Origin: Nitrospirota bacterium
Lineage (GTDB): Bacteria > Nitrospirota > JACRHJ01
Reading direction: 5' to 3'
Assembly (NCBI GenBank): GCA_021784575.1
Contig: JAJYHX010000001.1
Span: forward strand, 539,995 to 603,994
DNA: 64,000 nucleotides
Of the stretch, positions 18,003 through 26,931 are shown piece by piece. The first letter of the stretch is position 1; the number at the start of each line of letters is the position of its first letter. The position numbers and the translations under genes are program-made. The notes beneath the pieces are model-generated. The model made no database searches and had not been told where the DNA came from. It saw only the letters and a list, made by a program, of their open reading frames with translations.

Positions 18003-19076
18003 ATGAGACGCTTCCTGTTTTTTTGCGCCGCCCTGTTTTTGCTGCCCTGCAACTCCTTTGCCGCGGGCATGATAAGCGGGAAGGTAAACTGCGAGGGAAA
18101 ACCGCTTGACGGGGCGTATGTATATCTCTACTCGAAGTCTGATACCGGGTTTAAGGGGCCGGCGGATTACAAGGCCGGGCCGACCAAGAACAAAGGCTCT
18201 TTCAGCATCTCCGCGGCCAAGGGCAGATACTACCTCATCGCAAAGAAACCGGTAAACGGGACGCTGGATAACCCCGCCGACGGGGATTACTACGCCTACT
18301 ACGGCGGGAATCCGGTGGTAGTCGGCGACGGCGAGACGATTAACATCGGCATAAACTGCTCGCCAATCCTTGCTGCTGCCGCAAAAAAGCCCGGCGGCAC
18401 GGGCATCCGGGGCCAGGTCTTCTTCGGCGGCAAGCCCCTCGACCGGGCGCGCGTTACGCTCTACCAGGACGACAGCACAATATTCCGGGGCATCGGCTAC
18501 GCCTCCATCCTCACTAACCAGAAAGGCCAGTTCGCCTTCTCGCTTGGGCCCGGAGCTTATTACGTCGTCGCGAGGAAACGCTTGGCAGGGGACAGCATGG
18601 GCCCGCTTGGCGTGGGCGACCAGTTCGGGTTCTCTCCGGATAACCCCGTGACGGTGGAAAAGGGAAGCTATACCATCATATCCATAAACTGCGTCAAAAA
18701 GCTTGTGAAAGTCAAAAAAGGCGGGCAGGAACTTACGCTCGGCGGGACGGTGAAGTCCGGCGAGACGGTGGTGCAAGGCAGGATTACCGACAAGAGCGGG
18801 AAACCTGTCGCCGGGGTATATGCGAGCGCGTACAGGGACTCGATGATGACCATGAAGCCGGACTTCATATCGAAGATGACAGGCCCGGACGGGATGTATT
18901 CCATAAGCCTCTCCGGGGGCGGCGTTTATTATATCGGCGCGCGCAACACCATAGGCGGCCCCGCCGAAAAAGGAGACCTCCTGGGGCGCTACGCCGGAAA
19001 CGACGACCACTCCGTAAAACTGAAGACCGGGGACAAGCTAAATAACATAGACATCGTCGTGGAGAAAGTTCAATAG
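18003..19076 (+). CDS. exported protein with 3 transthyretin/CarboxypepD_reg-like repeats
   Basis: Trimmed to the ATG at 18003 (MRRFLFFCAALFLLPCNSFAAG). Three repeat units carry YYLIAKK / YYVVARKR / YYIGARN and GD.Y(A/G).YGGNP-type motifs. Confidence 0.75.
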   Translation: MRRFLFFCAALFLLPCNSFAAGMISGKVNCEGKPLDGAYVYLYSKSDTGFKGPADYKAGPTKNKGSFSISAAKGRYYLIAKKPVNGTLDNPADGDYYAYYGGNPVVVGDGETINIGINCSPILAAAAKKPGGTGIRGQVFFGGKPLDRARVTLYQDDSTIFRGIGYASILTNQKGQFAFSLGPGAYYVVARKRLAGDSMGPLGVGDQFGFSPDNPVTVEKGSYTIISINCVKKLVKVKKGGQELTLGGTVKSGETVVQGRITDKSGKPVAGVYASAYRDSMMTMKPDFISKMTGPDGMYSISLSGGGVYYIGARNTIGGPAEKGDLLGRYAGNDDHSVKLKTGDKLNNIDIVVEKVQ

Positions 19077-19083
19077 GGGCTAT

Positions 19084-20241
19084 ATGAATAAATATCTCGT
19101 TTTTGCTCTGGCCGCTTTCTTCATGGTCCTGCCGTCCGCGGCCCTTGCGGGCACGGCGCCGAAACCGGACAGCTGGACAGGCTTCGAGGGCCGCGTGGTG
19201 TGCGACAGCCAGGTGTTCCAGGGCGCGCGCGTATATGTCTACAAGAGCTTCAAAGACATGCTGGCAGACAAGCCCACGGCCGTTTCCGCCCCGACGAAAG
19301 AAGACGGAAGCTGGAAGATGGACTGCCCGCCCGGGACATACTATCTCGCGGCCAAGCAGCTCGCCAAAGCCCCCGCAACCGGCGCGCCTGCCGCGGGAAA
19401 CTCCGGCGAAGTCCTTGGATACGATGGGCCGCTTTCCGTCGGGGACTACTTCTGTTTCCAGGGCAGCAACCCCATAACGGCGGTGCGGGGGAAATACACG
19501 CATGTCGGCTTTGCGCTCGTGAAATATGCGGCATCCGTCTCGTATTCGGATTCGAGCGACAAGGACAACGGCACCCTTACCGGCACCGTTACATGGAGCG
19601 GGCAGCCCCTCAAGGGCGCGATAGTCACGCTTTATATGGACGACAAGGACAACTTCCGGGGCCAGGGTTATTCCGCCTCGCCCCCGACCGGGAAAGACGG
19701 CAAATTCGACATGGAATTCCTGCCGGACACCGATTACTTCCTTATAGCCAGAAAACGGCAGAACGGCAAGAAGGCAGGCCCGTTGAAGGAAGGTGATTAC
19801 TTCGGATATTACGTTGCGAACCCGGTACACGTAAAGGCCGGCAAGGTGGCAACGGTTGATTTCGGAGTAATATCCAAGGCCGGTGAGATAGGCAGGGAAG
19901 ACAGCCTGTTCAGGGATACCGGGACGCATATCACCGGCAGGATACTGGACGACAAGGGCAGGCCGGTCAAGGGAGTTTATGCCTTCGCATACGTGGAGAA
20001 GGTGATGGCGCACAAGAGGCCGGAATTCATCTCCAGGCCCGCGGATAAAAGTGGAGTATACGTCCTGAACATCTCCAAGGGCGGGACATATTACATAGGC
20101 GCCCGTTCGAGATACGGCGGCACGCCCTCCTTCGGCGAGTGGTACGGCTGCTACGAAGGCGCAGGCGACCATCACGTGAATATAAAGACCGGCCAGGTTC
20201 TGAAGGGTATAGACATCCCCGTGGAGAAAATACCTCAATGA
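19084..20241 (+). CDS. exported protein with 3 transthyretin/CarboxypepD_reg-like repeats
   Basis: 385 aa with a signal peptide, paralogous to 13377..14483 and 18003..19076 (YFLIARKRQNGKKAGPLKEGDYFGYYVANPV). Confidence 0.75.
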   Translation: MNKYLVFALAAFFMVLPSAALAGTAPKPDSWTGFEGRVVCDSQVFQGARVYVYKSFKDMLADKPTAVSAPTKEDGSWKMDCPPGTYYLAAKQLAKAPATGAPAAGNSGEVLGYDGPLSVGDYFCFQGSNPITAVRGKYTHVGFALVKYAASVSYSDSSDKDNGTLTGTVTWSGQPLKGAIVTLYMDDKDNFRGQGYSASPPTGKDGKFDMEFLPDTDYFLIARKRQNGKKAGPLKEGDYFGYYVANPVHVKAGKVATVDFGVISKAGEIGREDSLFRDTGTHITGRILDDKGRPVKGVYAFAYVEKVMAHKRPEFISRPADKSGVYVLNISKGGTYYIGARSRYGGTPSFGEWYGCYEGAGDHHVNIKTGQVLKGIDIPVEKIPQ

Positions 20242-21101
20242 AATCAGCCGCCGCGGCGTTCATAATGCTGGCGCTTTTCGCCGGACAGGCCTGTTTGCAG
20301 GAATCGGCCGAGGCGGCTCCGACGGTCTACAACAAGGCATACATCCAGCACGACGAGACCTGGAGCGGAGAAATAAGGTTGATAGGACAGAACGTCGTGA
20401 AACGCGGATGCACCCTTACAATACTCCCCGGCACGATAATAAAATTCCCGTGGATTGACGAAGATAAAAATAATATAGGCGACGGGGAACTGACAATCGA
20501 GGGACGGATTATCGCCAAGGGCACGAAGGACAAGCCCATAGTGTTCACCTCCGCGCAGCCGAAGCCGAAGATGAAGGACTGGACGTTCGTGCAGATTGCC
20601 ATGAGCAGGAACTCCATCGTGGAATATTGCAAGTTCGAGTACGCCTTTACCGGGCTACAGGTGCATTACTCCACGGGGACGATAAAAGACAACCTCTTTA
20701 AAAACAACTTCGAGGGCATGAGGTTCTCTACGACGGATGTCCTTATAGAACATAACGACTTCATAGACAACGACTTCGGTATCCGATGCGAGGCTCTGGG
20801 CTCCCGCACGACCATCAGGAACAACCTCTTCCGGGGAAACGGGCAGACCTTCTTCCCGGTCCGTAATACATGGAACACTGTAAAGATATACGACAACAAC
20901 ATACTTGACAGTCGGGAATACGCCGTAAACTTCGGGCTGAGCCAGAAGCAGGATATAGATTTCACAAATAACTGGTGGGGCACCGCGGACGCCTCGGCCA
21001 TCGAGGCCCTGATATACGACAAGTCCAAGGATGATACCCTCGGCAAGGCGGATTTTATTCCGTTCCTTAAAGAGCCGGTGAAGGACTGCGGGATAGAATA
21101 A
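20238..21101 (+). CDS. exported beta-helix (NosD-like) protein, short form
   Basis: Trimmed to the ATG at 20238 (ATGA overlap with the upstream stop). It has a signal peptide, the N-terminal module ETWSGEIRL...LTILPGTIIKF...PIVFTSA, and the C-terminal NNWWGTADASAIEALIYDKSKDDTLGKADFIPFL. Confidence 0.75.
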   Translation: MKSAAAAFIMLALFAGQACLQESAEAAPTVYNKAYIQHDETWSGEIRLIGQNVVKRGCTLTILPGTIIKFPWIDEDKNNIGDGELTIEGRIIAKGTKDKPIVFTSAQPKPKMKDWTFVQIAMSRNSIVEYCKFEYAFTGLQVHYSTGTIKDNLFKNNFEGMRFSTTDVLIEHNDFIDNDFGIRCEALGSRTTIRNNLFRGNGQTFFPVRNTWNTVKIYDNNILDSREYAVNFGLSQKQDIDFTNNWWGTADASAIEALIYDKSKDDTLGKADFIPFLKEPVKDCGIE

Positions 21102-21132
21102 TATCTGTAGGGGCTCAATTTATTGAGCCCAT

Positions 21133-21156
21133 GGGCGCGATGAATCACGCCCCTAC
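21133..21156. repeat. REP-like palindromic element, family 1 (GGGCGC-N-GCGCCCCTAC)
   Basis: GGGCGCGATGAATCACGCCCCTAC has a second copy at 52677-52702. It is preceded by the perfect hairpin GGGCTCAAT-TT-ATTGAGCCC. Confidence 0.55.
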
Positions 21157-21170
21157 TTTAGGAGGAGACT

Positions 21171-22103
21171 GTGAAAAAGTTCGGCAGGCGCGATTTTATA
21201 AAAGGCGCGGCGTCCTGTTCCGCCGCCGCGGGACTGAACCTTATCGAGGGCATAGACCCGCTCGGCCTGGTGTCGGAGGCGTTCGCGGGGACGGTCAGGC
21301 CCGTGATAGCAGTGGCGTCTAATAAGACGCCGGAGGCCCTGACGCGCGCGGCGGTAAACGCTATAGGAGGGATGGGAAAATTTGTAAAGCGCGGCGAGGT
21401 GGTCGTTGTAAAGCCGAATATCGGCTGGGACAGGGTCCCGGCGCAGGCGGCCAATACAAACCCTGACGTCGTGAAGACCGTAGTCATGATGTGCCTTGAG
21501 GCCGGGGCGAAAAAGGTGCGCGTGTTCGACAGGCCGTGCAACGACCCCCGCCGGTGCTACTACAGAAGCGGCATACAGGGCGCTGTGGAGTCCATTGGGA
21601 ATCCGGCTGCGGTAATCGAATTCGTGGACGACAGGAAGTTCGAGATACTCCCCATAAAGAACAGCACGACAATTCCGAGCTGGTCGTTCTATAAGCCCGC
21701 GTTTGAGGCGGACAAACTGATAAACGTGCCGATTGCCAAGCACCATAACGCCGCCCGGCTCACCATGACCCTGAAGAACGTGATGGGGCTTCTCGGCGGG
21801 AACAGGGGGAACATACACCACGACCTTGACATCGATATAGCCGAACTGAATACCGTCGTAAAGTTCAACCTCCATATCCTCGACGCCGTGAGGATTCTTA
21901 CGGCAAACGGCCCTCAGGGCGGACGCCTTCGGGATGTTAAGGCAATGAACAAGGTTATGGCGGGCACGGACCCCGTGGCTGTCGACTCTTACGGCGCGAC
22001 CCTCTTCGGCATAACGGGATACGACGTGCCGCACGTTGTGTATGCGCACAAGCTGGGAGAGGGAGAGATTGACCTGAAAAAGGTCCGGGTGATAAACGTC
22101 TGA
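21171..22103 (+). CDS. Tat-exported DUF362 domain protein
   Basis: 310 aa with a GTG start after GGAGGAG and the twin-arginine signal GRRDFIKGAA. The DUF362-like core is VVVKPNIGWDR...NTNPDVV...VFDRPCND. Confidence 0.7.
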   Translation: MKKFGRRDFIKGAASCSAAAGLNLIEGIDPLGLVSEAFAGTVRPVIAVASNKTPEALTRAAVNAIGGMGKFVKRGEVVVVKPNIGWDRVPAQAANTNPDVVKTVVMMCLEAGAKKVRVFDRPCNDPRRCYYRSGIQGAVESIGNPAAVIEFVDDRKFEILPIKNSTTIPSWSFYKPAFEADKLINVPIAKHHNAARLTMTLKNVMGLLGGNRGNIHHDLDIDIAELNTVVKFNLHILDAVRILTANGPQGGRLRDVKAMNKVMAGTDPVAVDSYGATLFGITGYDVPHVVYAHKLGEGEIDLKKVRVINV

Positions 22104-23653
22104 TGTCCGTGTCTTTTGTCGCGGCGTTTATCTTTGCGGTCGCAGCCGCGGTCCCGGCTCAGACGGTGCTGGCGCATAATCCGGCTAAAACCCTGGGCGA
22201 AGGGCAGATAAACAAGGCGCATAACCTGCGTCAGGGAAGCGAGGAAAGACGGCCGAAATCCCTGAAGGGCGCCTGGTTCGAGGACGTGACAGAGAAGTCC
22301 GGCATACCGCCGCTTAAGTATTCCGAGGGCGTAAATTTCTGCGATCCGGAGGGCGGCGGCCTGCCAGATTTGTTCACCCCGGTCGTTAAAGGAAAGGACC
22401 GGCTGTTTCGGAACAAGGGCAATTTCAGGTTCGAGGATATAACAGACGCCGCCGGGATAAAAGGCAAGGGCGGAAAAGACGGCATCGGCGCGGTATTTGC
22501 GGATTTTATGGGAAACGGTCTCGAAGACCTCTATATCGTAAAGGGCGCCTATCCATACGGTGACAACGTGATGTATCTCCGGAAGCCGGACGGCGCGTTC
22601 CGGGACGTAAGCGCGAAAGCGGGAGTAGTGAACAGAAAAAACGGCATATCGGCGGTTGCGGCTGATTTCTTCGGTTCAGGGAGGCCGGACATCTTCGTCT
22701 GCAACTGGGGGATGAACACGTTCTTCAGGAACGTCAGCGCAGGCGGGAAGCTGAAGTTCAGGGACGATACCGTTAAGGCCGGGCTTGGTAAAAAGGGCAT
22801 GAGCTGGGCGGCCGTAGTGGCGGATTTCAATGGCGACGGCAGACCGGATATCTTCGTATGCCGCGGCGGATACGGCAAGCCCGAGTCTCCAAAACTATAC
22901 ATGAATAACGGGGACGGGACGTTTACCGACAGGACAGCCCAGTCCGGCATAAGCGGCATAGACTGGTCCCTTGGCGCGGTATCGGCGGATTTCAATAACG
23001 ACGGCCTGCCGGACCTGTTTGTAACGAGCTACGACGGCCGGGACAGGCTCTATATGAACCTGGGCGGGGGCAGGTTCAGGGACGTAACCGAAACATCCGG
23101 GATAGACACCGGCCATTCGGTCGGCGCGGCGGCGGCGGACATTGACGGAGATGGTCTGACCGACCTCGTCGTGGCGCAGTTCGCGGGGCCGGTAAAGGTA
23201 TTTAAAAACCTGGGGGGCGGCAAGTTCAGGGAGATAAAAAAATCCGGGATAGGGGCGTGGAGCAGGAATGAAGGCGTAGCCCTCGCGGATGTGGACGGCG
23301 ACGGCGCCCCGGATATTTACGTGTCCAACTACGACGGACACAACAGGCTCTACCGTAACCTTACGGGCGGCAGACGCCTGTCGATAGCGATAACGGGCGC
23401 GCGGGGCGCCGGGACGGAGGCGAGACTCTACGAGACGGAGGGGGGCAAAAGGAGCCTTGCCGCATTCCAGGAACTGCCCGGCGTATCCGGTTTTTGTTCG
23501 CAGGCCCCGGACGAGTTCCTTTTTGCGCTGCCGGAAAAGAATGCGCGGTATGATGTCGAGATTATTTTTCCGGGCGGAGGCAAGAAGATGCTTTGTAATG
23601 TAAGGCCGGGCAGGTTGAAAGTAAAAAGCCAGGCAAAGGGTAAAAATCAATAA
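22103..23653 (+). CDS. FG-GAP/VCBS repeat protein with ASPIC/UnbV C-terminus (CRTAC1-like)
   Basis: 516 aa with a signal peptide, the repeats DFNGDGRPDIFV, DFNNDGLPDLFV, DIDGDGLTDLVV and DVDGDGAPDIYV, and an ASPIC-like tail. Confidence 0.8.
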   Translation: MSVSFVAAFIFAVAAAVPAQTVLAHNPAKTLGEGQINKAHNLRQGSEERRPKSLKGAWFEDVTEKSGIPPLKYSEGVNFCDPEGGGLPDLFTPVVKGKDRLFRNKGNFRFEDITDAAGIKGKGGKDGIGAVFADFMGNGLEDLYIVKGAYPYGDNVMYLRKPDGAFRDVSAKAGVVNRKNGISAVAADFFGSGRPDIFVCNWGMNTFFRNVSAGGKLKFRDDTVKAGLGKKGMSWAAVVADFNGDGRPDIFVCRGGYGKPESPKLYMNNGDGTFTDRTAQSGISGIDWSLGAVSADFNNDGLPDLFVTSYDGRDRLYMNLGGGRFRDVTETSGIDTGHSVGAAAADIDGDGLTDLVVAQFAGPVKVFKNLGGGKFREIKKSGIGAWSRNEGVALADVDGDGAPDIYVSNYDGHNRLYRNLTGGRRLSIAITGARGAGTEARLYETEGGKRSLAAFQELPGVSGFCSQAPDEFLFALPEKNARYDVEIIFPGGGKKMLCNVRPGRLKVKSQAKGKNQ

Positions 23654-23666
23654 CAGGAGGCCAGCC

Positions 23667-24272
23667 ATGCGCAGGAATTTTACACTCTTTATTTTGACGG
23701 CAATATTCTCAGCCGTTATGTCTATGCCGGCTTTTGCATGTGTCGGGAAGACGCTGATTATCGGGGCCGTCAACAGGCCGGACATGAACACGATGTCCCA
23801 GATGCTCAGCATACTCATAAACGAGCGAACCGGCACGACCGTCATATCGAAGTCGTTCAACAGCTTCCCAGCGCTGATGGACGCGATGAAGAACGGCAAG
23901 ATAGACATAATGCTCGACTACTCCGGCAGGTGCTATATAGACGTGCTGGGAAACAAGCCGGAAAGCAGCGCGCAAAAGGTGTTCGCCGCCGTTAAGGAAG
24001 TATACCAGCGCGAAAAGAACCAGATATGGCTCCCGCCTTTCGGGTTCTCCGAGAAGGGGGTTATTACCGGCAACTGCGGCGCAACCCCGGCCGTCGCCGC
24101 CCCGGTCTTGCGGAGGAGCACGCTTGAGAAATTCCCGGCCCTGCCGCGCGTGCTGGAGAAGCTTGCCGGGAAGATAAATAATGCGACCATCACCCGCCTT
24201 TCCAACGAGAGCCGCCACGGGAACGTCAAGGAGATTACAAGGAAGTTCCTGAAAGAAAACAGATTGATATGA
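23667..24272 (+). CDS. short OpuAC-like (glycine-betaine type) periplasmic binding-domain protein
   Basis: 201 aa with a signal peptide. The pattern LIIGAVNRPDMNTMSQMLSILINERTG...ALMDAMKNGKIDIMLDYSG and the tail ...EITRKFLKENRLI resemble the OpuAC family, but the protein is about one third shorter. Confidence 0.5.
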   Translation: MRRNFTLFILTAIFSAVMSMPAFACVGKTLIIGAVNRPDMNTMSQMLSILINERTGTTVISKSFNSFPALMDAMKNGKIDIMLDYSGRCYIDVLGNKPESSAQKVFAAVKEVYQREKNQIWLPPFGFSEKGVITGNCGATPAVAAPVLRRSTLEKFPALPRVLEKLAGKINNATITRLSNESRHGNVKEITRKFLKENRLI

Positions 24273-25174
24273 ACCGGAGAGGTTTCTTAAAGACCACCGC
24301 GATTGCCGGAGCCGGCGCGGTAATCGCCCCCTCTTTCATAGAAGAGGCCCTTGCGTTTGAAGGCCCGCTCGTTTCGATGGCGAAAGGGACGCCGCCTGCA
24401 AGGATTACAAGGGCGGCTGTTGACGCGCTGGGCGGGATGAGCGCATTTGTCAGAAAAGGGGATGTCGTGGTGGTGAAGCCGAACATAGGCTGGGACAGGA
24501 ACCCGGCACAGGCGGCGGATACGAACCCGGAGGTCGTAACCGAGGTGATAAGGATGTGCCTTGATGCGGGCGCCCGGAAGGTGAAGGTGTTCGACCGCAC
24601 ATGCAACGACGCGCGCCGGTGTTACGAGAACAGCGGCATAGGCCCCGCGGTCGAGGGCATTAAAGACCCGCGTGTGGAGCTTTCTTTCGTGGACGAGAGA
24701 AAATACAAGATGGTGGACATCCCGGCGGGCAAGCTGATAAGGAGATGGCCGATATATGAGGAAGCCCTGAATGCGGACAAGTTCATAAACGTCCCCGTCG
24801 CCAAGCACCACAGCGCCGCGCTCCTTACGATGGGCATGAAGAACGTCATGGGCGTAATCGGCTCGAACCGCGCCGTGCTGCACAGGGAAATCAACGACGC
24901 CCTGCCGGACTTGAACCGGGTTATAAAGACCAGCCTTGCGATAATCGACGCGACGCGGATACTGGTCGCCAACGGGCCGCAGGGCGGAAGTCTCAAGGAC
25001 GTGCGCCAGACGAAGACCGTAATCGCCTCGGCGGATGTTGTCGCGGCGGATACCGTCGCGGCGACTCTCTTCGGCAAGACGCCAAGCGAGGTGCGTTACC
25101 TTAAGCTTGCGCAGGACGCCGGCCTTGGGGTCGCGGATATAAACAGGATAAGATTGAAAAAGGTTTCGGTATAG
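24269..25174 (+). CDS. Tat-exported DUF362 domain protein (paralogue of 21171..22103)
   Basis: 301 aa with the twin-arginine signal NRRGFLKTTA. It aligns along its full length with the first DUF362 protein (VVVKPNIGWDRNPAQAADTNPEVV...VFDRTCNDARRCY). Confidence 0.7.
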   Translation: MNRRGFLKTTAIAGAGAVIAPSFIEEALAFEGPLVSMAKGTPPARITRAAVDALGGMSAFVRKGDVVVVKPNIGWDRNPAQAADTNPEVVTEVIRMCLDAGARKVKVFDRTCNDARRCYENSGIGPAVEGIKDPRVELSFVDERKYKMVDIPAGKLIRRWPIYEEALNADKFINVPVAKHHSAALLTMGMKNVMGVIGSNRAVLHREINDALPDLNRVIKTSLAIIDATRILVANGPQGGSLKDVRQTKTVIASADVVAADTVAATLFGKTPSEVRYLKLAQDAGLGVADINRIRLKKVSV

Positions 25175-25179
25175 GAGCG

Positions 25180-26736
25180 ATGAGAGTATTACGAAGGCTT
25201 TCGCAGGTTTTGGTATTCCTTGTTTTCGTGTTCCTTTTCCTGAATACGGAATACAAGGACAACGACGTTCTACCCTACGCCGTAAACGTGTTCCTGCGCA
25301 TGGACCCGCTTGTGGCGGGCGCGGCAACCCTCGCGGGCAGGGCTGTGATAAACCTCCTCTGGCCTGCGCTTGCCGTGGCCGGGATAACGCTCTTTTTCGG
25401 GAGGTTCTTCTGCGGCTGGGTATGCCCGATGGGCGCGATTCTGGACTTTGCGGACGCGTCAATCTTCAGGAAACTCAAGAGAAGGGTGAAGCTCCCTGCA
25501 AACCTTCCGAGGCTTAAATATTTTATTCTGTTCTTTCTTGCGGCGTCATCTCTTTTCACGCTCCAGATGGTTTTTCTGTTCGACCCCATAAGCATACTTA
25601 TACGCTCGCTCACAATATCCATCTTTCCCGGCATCAACATGGCGATAAACTCGCTTTTCGATGCGCTGTATTTCACCAACATCCACGCCGTAACCAGGGT
25701 CTCCGAACCTGTTTTCAGCTTTCTTAAGAATCACTTCCTCGCGTTCGAGCAGCCGCAGTTTCGCCTGGCCGCGCTGGTCGGCTCGATATTCCTTCTGATA
25801 ATCTCGGCGGAATATTTCCAGAGGCGGTTCTGGTGCAGGAACCTCTGCCCGCTCGGCGCTCTGCTGGGGCTTCTGGGACGTTTCGGCCTGACCAGGAGGC
25901 GGGTCGGGGATTCATGCATCTCCTGCGGGAAGTGCGAGCGGGACTGCCGGATGGGAGCGATAGGCGGCGACTTCAAATCCACCAACGCGAGCGAGTGCGT
26001 AGAGTGCCTTGACTGCCGCAGCATATGCCCGGAAAAAGCCGTGCATTTCGTCGGGCGCGGCAGGCCGGAGCTTTTGCCGGTAAACGCGGGCCGTCGCGGA
26101 GTCATTACATCGCTGGCCGTCGGCGCGGTGGCGGCGCCGATATTCCTTTCCGAGGGATACAGGAAGGTCTCCGACCCGTCCCTTATCCGCCCTCCAGGCG
26201 CGCTCTCCGAGGAGAAGTTCCTGGACAGATGCACCAGGTGCGGCGAGTGCATGAGGGTATGCACCGCAAACGGCCTCCAGCCGGCTTTATTCGAGGCGGG
26301 GCTTAGCGGTCTCTGGAGCCCGATACTGGTGCCCAGGATGGGCTACTGCGAGTTTAACTGCACGCTCTGCGGGCAGGTCTGCCCGACCGGCGCGATAAAG
26401 CGCCTCAGCCCCCGCGAGAAAAGGAAGACGAAGCTCGGACTTGCGGAATTCGACAGGAGCCGGTGCATCCCCTGGAAGGGCGAGTCGAACTGCATAGTCT
26501 GCGAAGAGCACTGTCCTACGCCGGTGAAGGCCATCAGGCTCCGGGAGGAGCAGGTAACGACATTGTCGGGCGAGGTCATCAGAATTAAAAGGCCGTATGT
26601 GGACGAGAACCTCTGCGTGGGCTGCGGGATATGTGAAAACAAGTGCCCACTTACGGGGCATCCGGGGATAAAATGCACGTCCCGAGGCGAATCCCGCGCA
26701 CAGGGGGCTGAGCTTCTGACCACGGACGAAGGATAG
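25180..26736 (+). CDS. membrane-bound polyferredoxin, NapH/NosR/MauN-like
   Basis: 518 aa. The TM helices carry two CX3CP motifs (FFCGWVCPMG, FWCRNLCPLG). The C-terminal half has about six Fe-S cluster motifs (CISCGKCERDC, CVECLDCRSICP, CTRCGECMRVC, CTLCGQVCP, CIVCEEHCP, CVGCGICENKCP). Confidence 0.8.
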   Translation: MRVLRRLSQVLVFLVFVFLFLNTEYKDNDVLPYAVNVFLRMDPLVAGAATLAGRAVINLLWPALAVAGITLFFGRFFCGWVCPMGAILDFADASIFRKLKRRVKLPANLPRLKYFILFFLAASSLFTLQMVFLFDPISILIRSLTISIFPGINMAINSLFDALYFTNIHAVTRVSEPVFSFLKNHFLAFEQPQFRLAALVGSIFLLIISAEYFQRRFWCRNLCPLGALLGLLGRFGLTRRRVGDSCISCGKCERDCRMGAIGGDFKSTNASECVECLDCRSICPEKAVHFVGRGRPELLPVNAGRRGVITSLAVGAVAAPIFLSEGYRKVSDPSLIRPPGALSEEKFLDRCTRCGECMRVCTANGLQPALFEAGLSGLWSPILVPRMGYCEFNCTLCGQVCPTGAIKRLSPREKRKTKLGLAEFDRSRCIPWKGESNCIVCEEHCPTPVKAIRLREEQVTTLSGEVIRIKRPYVDENLCVGCGICENKCPLTGHPGIKCTSRGESRAQGAELLTTDEG

Positions 26737-26931
26737 GTTGCCAGGAAAAATCAAGCGATGAATCATTCCCGCCCACTCGGCTTCCCCGTTCGCTTCGCTC
26801 AGGGCTACGGCTTATCAGGGCAGGCAAGAGCGGGAATCCGGAGACTTTCAAAGCGGGGCATAACGGTTTATAAATCTTGAAATTATGAGTCGTTATATGT
26901 TATTTTATATGCGCCACCCGGAGGACGCCCG

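Noticed and set aside
26737-26931. 40-aa ORF MNHSRPLGFPVRFAQGYGLSGQARAGIRRLSKRGITVYKS, and a 16-codon ORF ending on the HEAT gene ATG.
   Set aside because: There is no SD. The first ORF is the translation of REP-like palindromes, and the second is very short. Both are treated as non-coding spacer.
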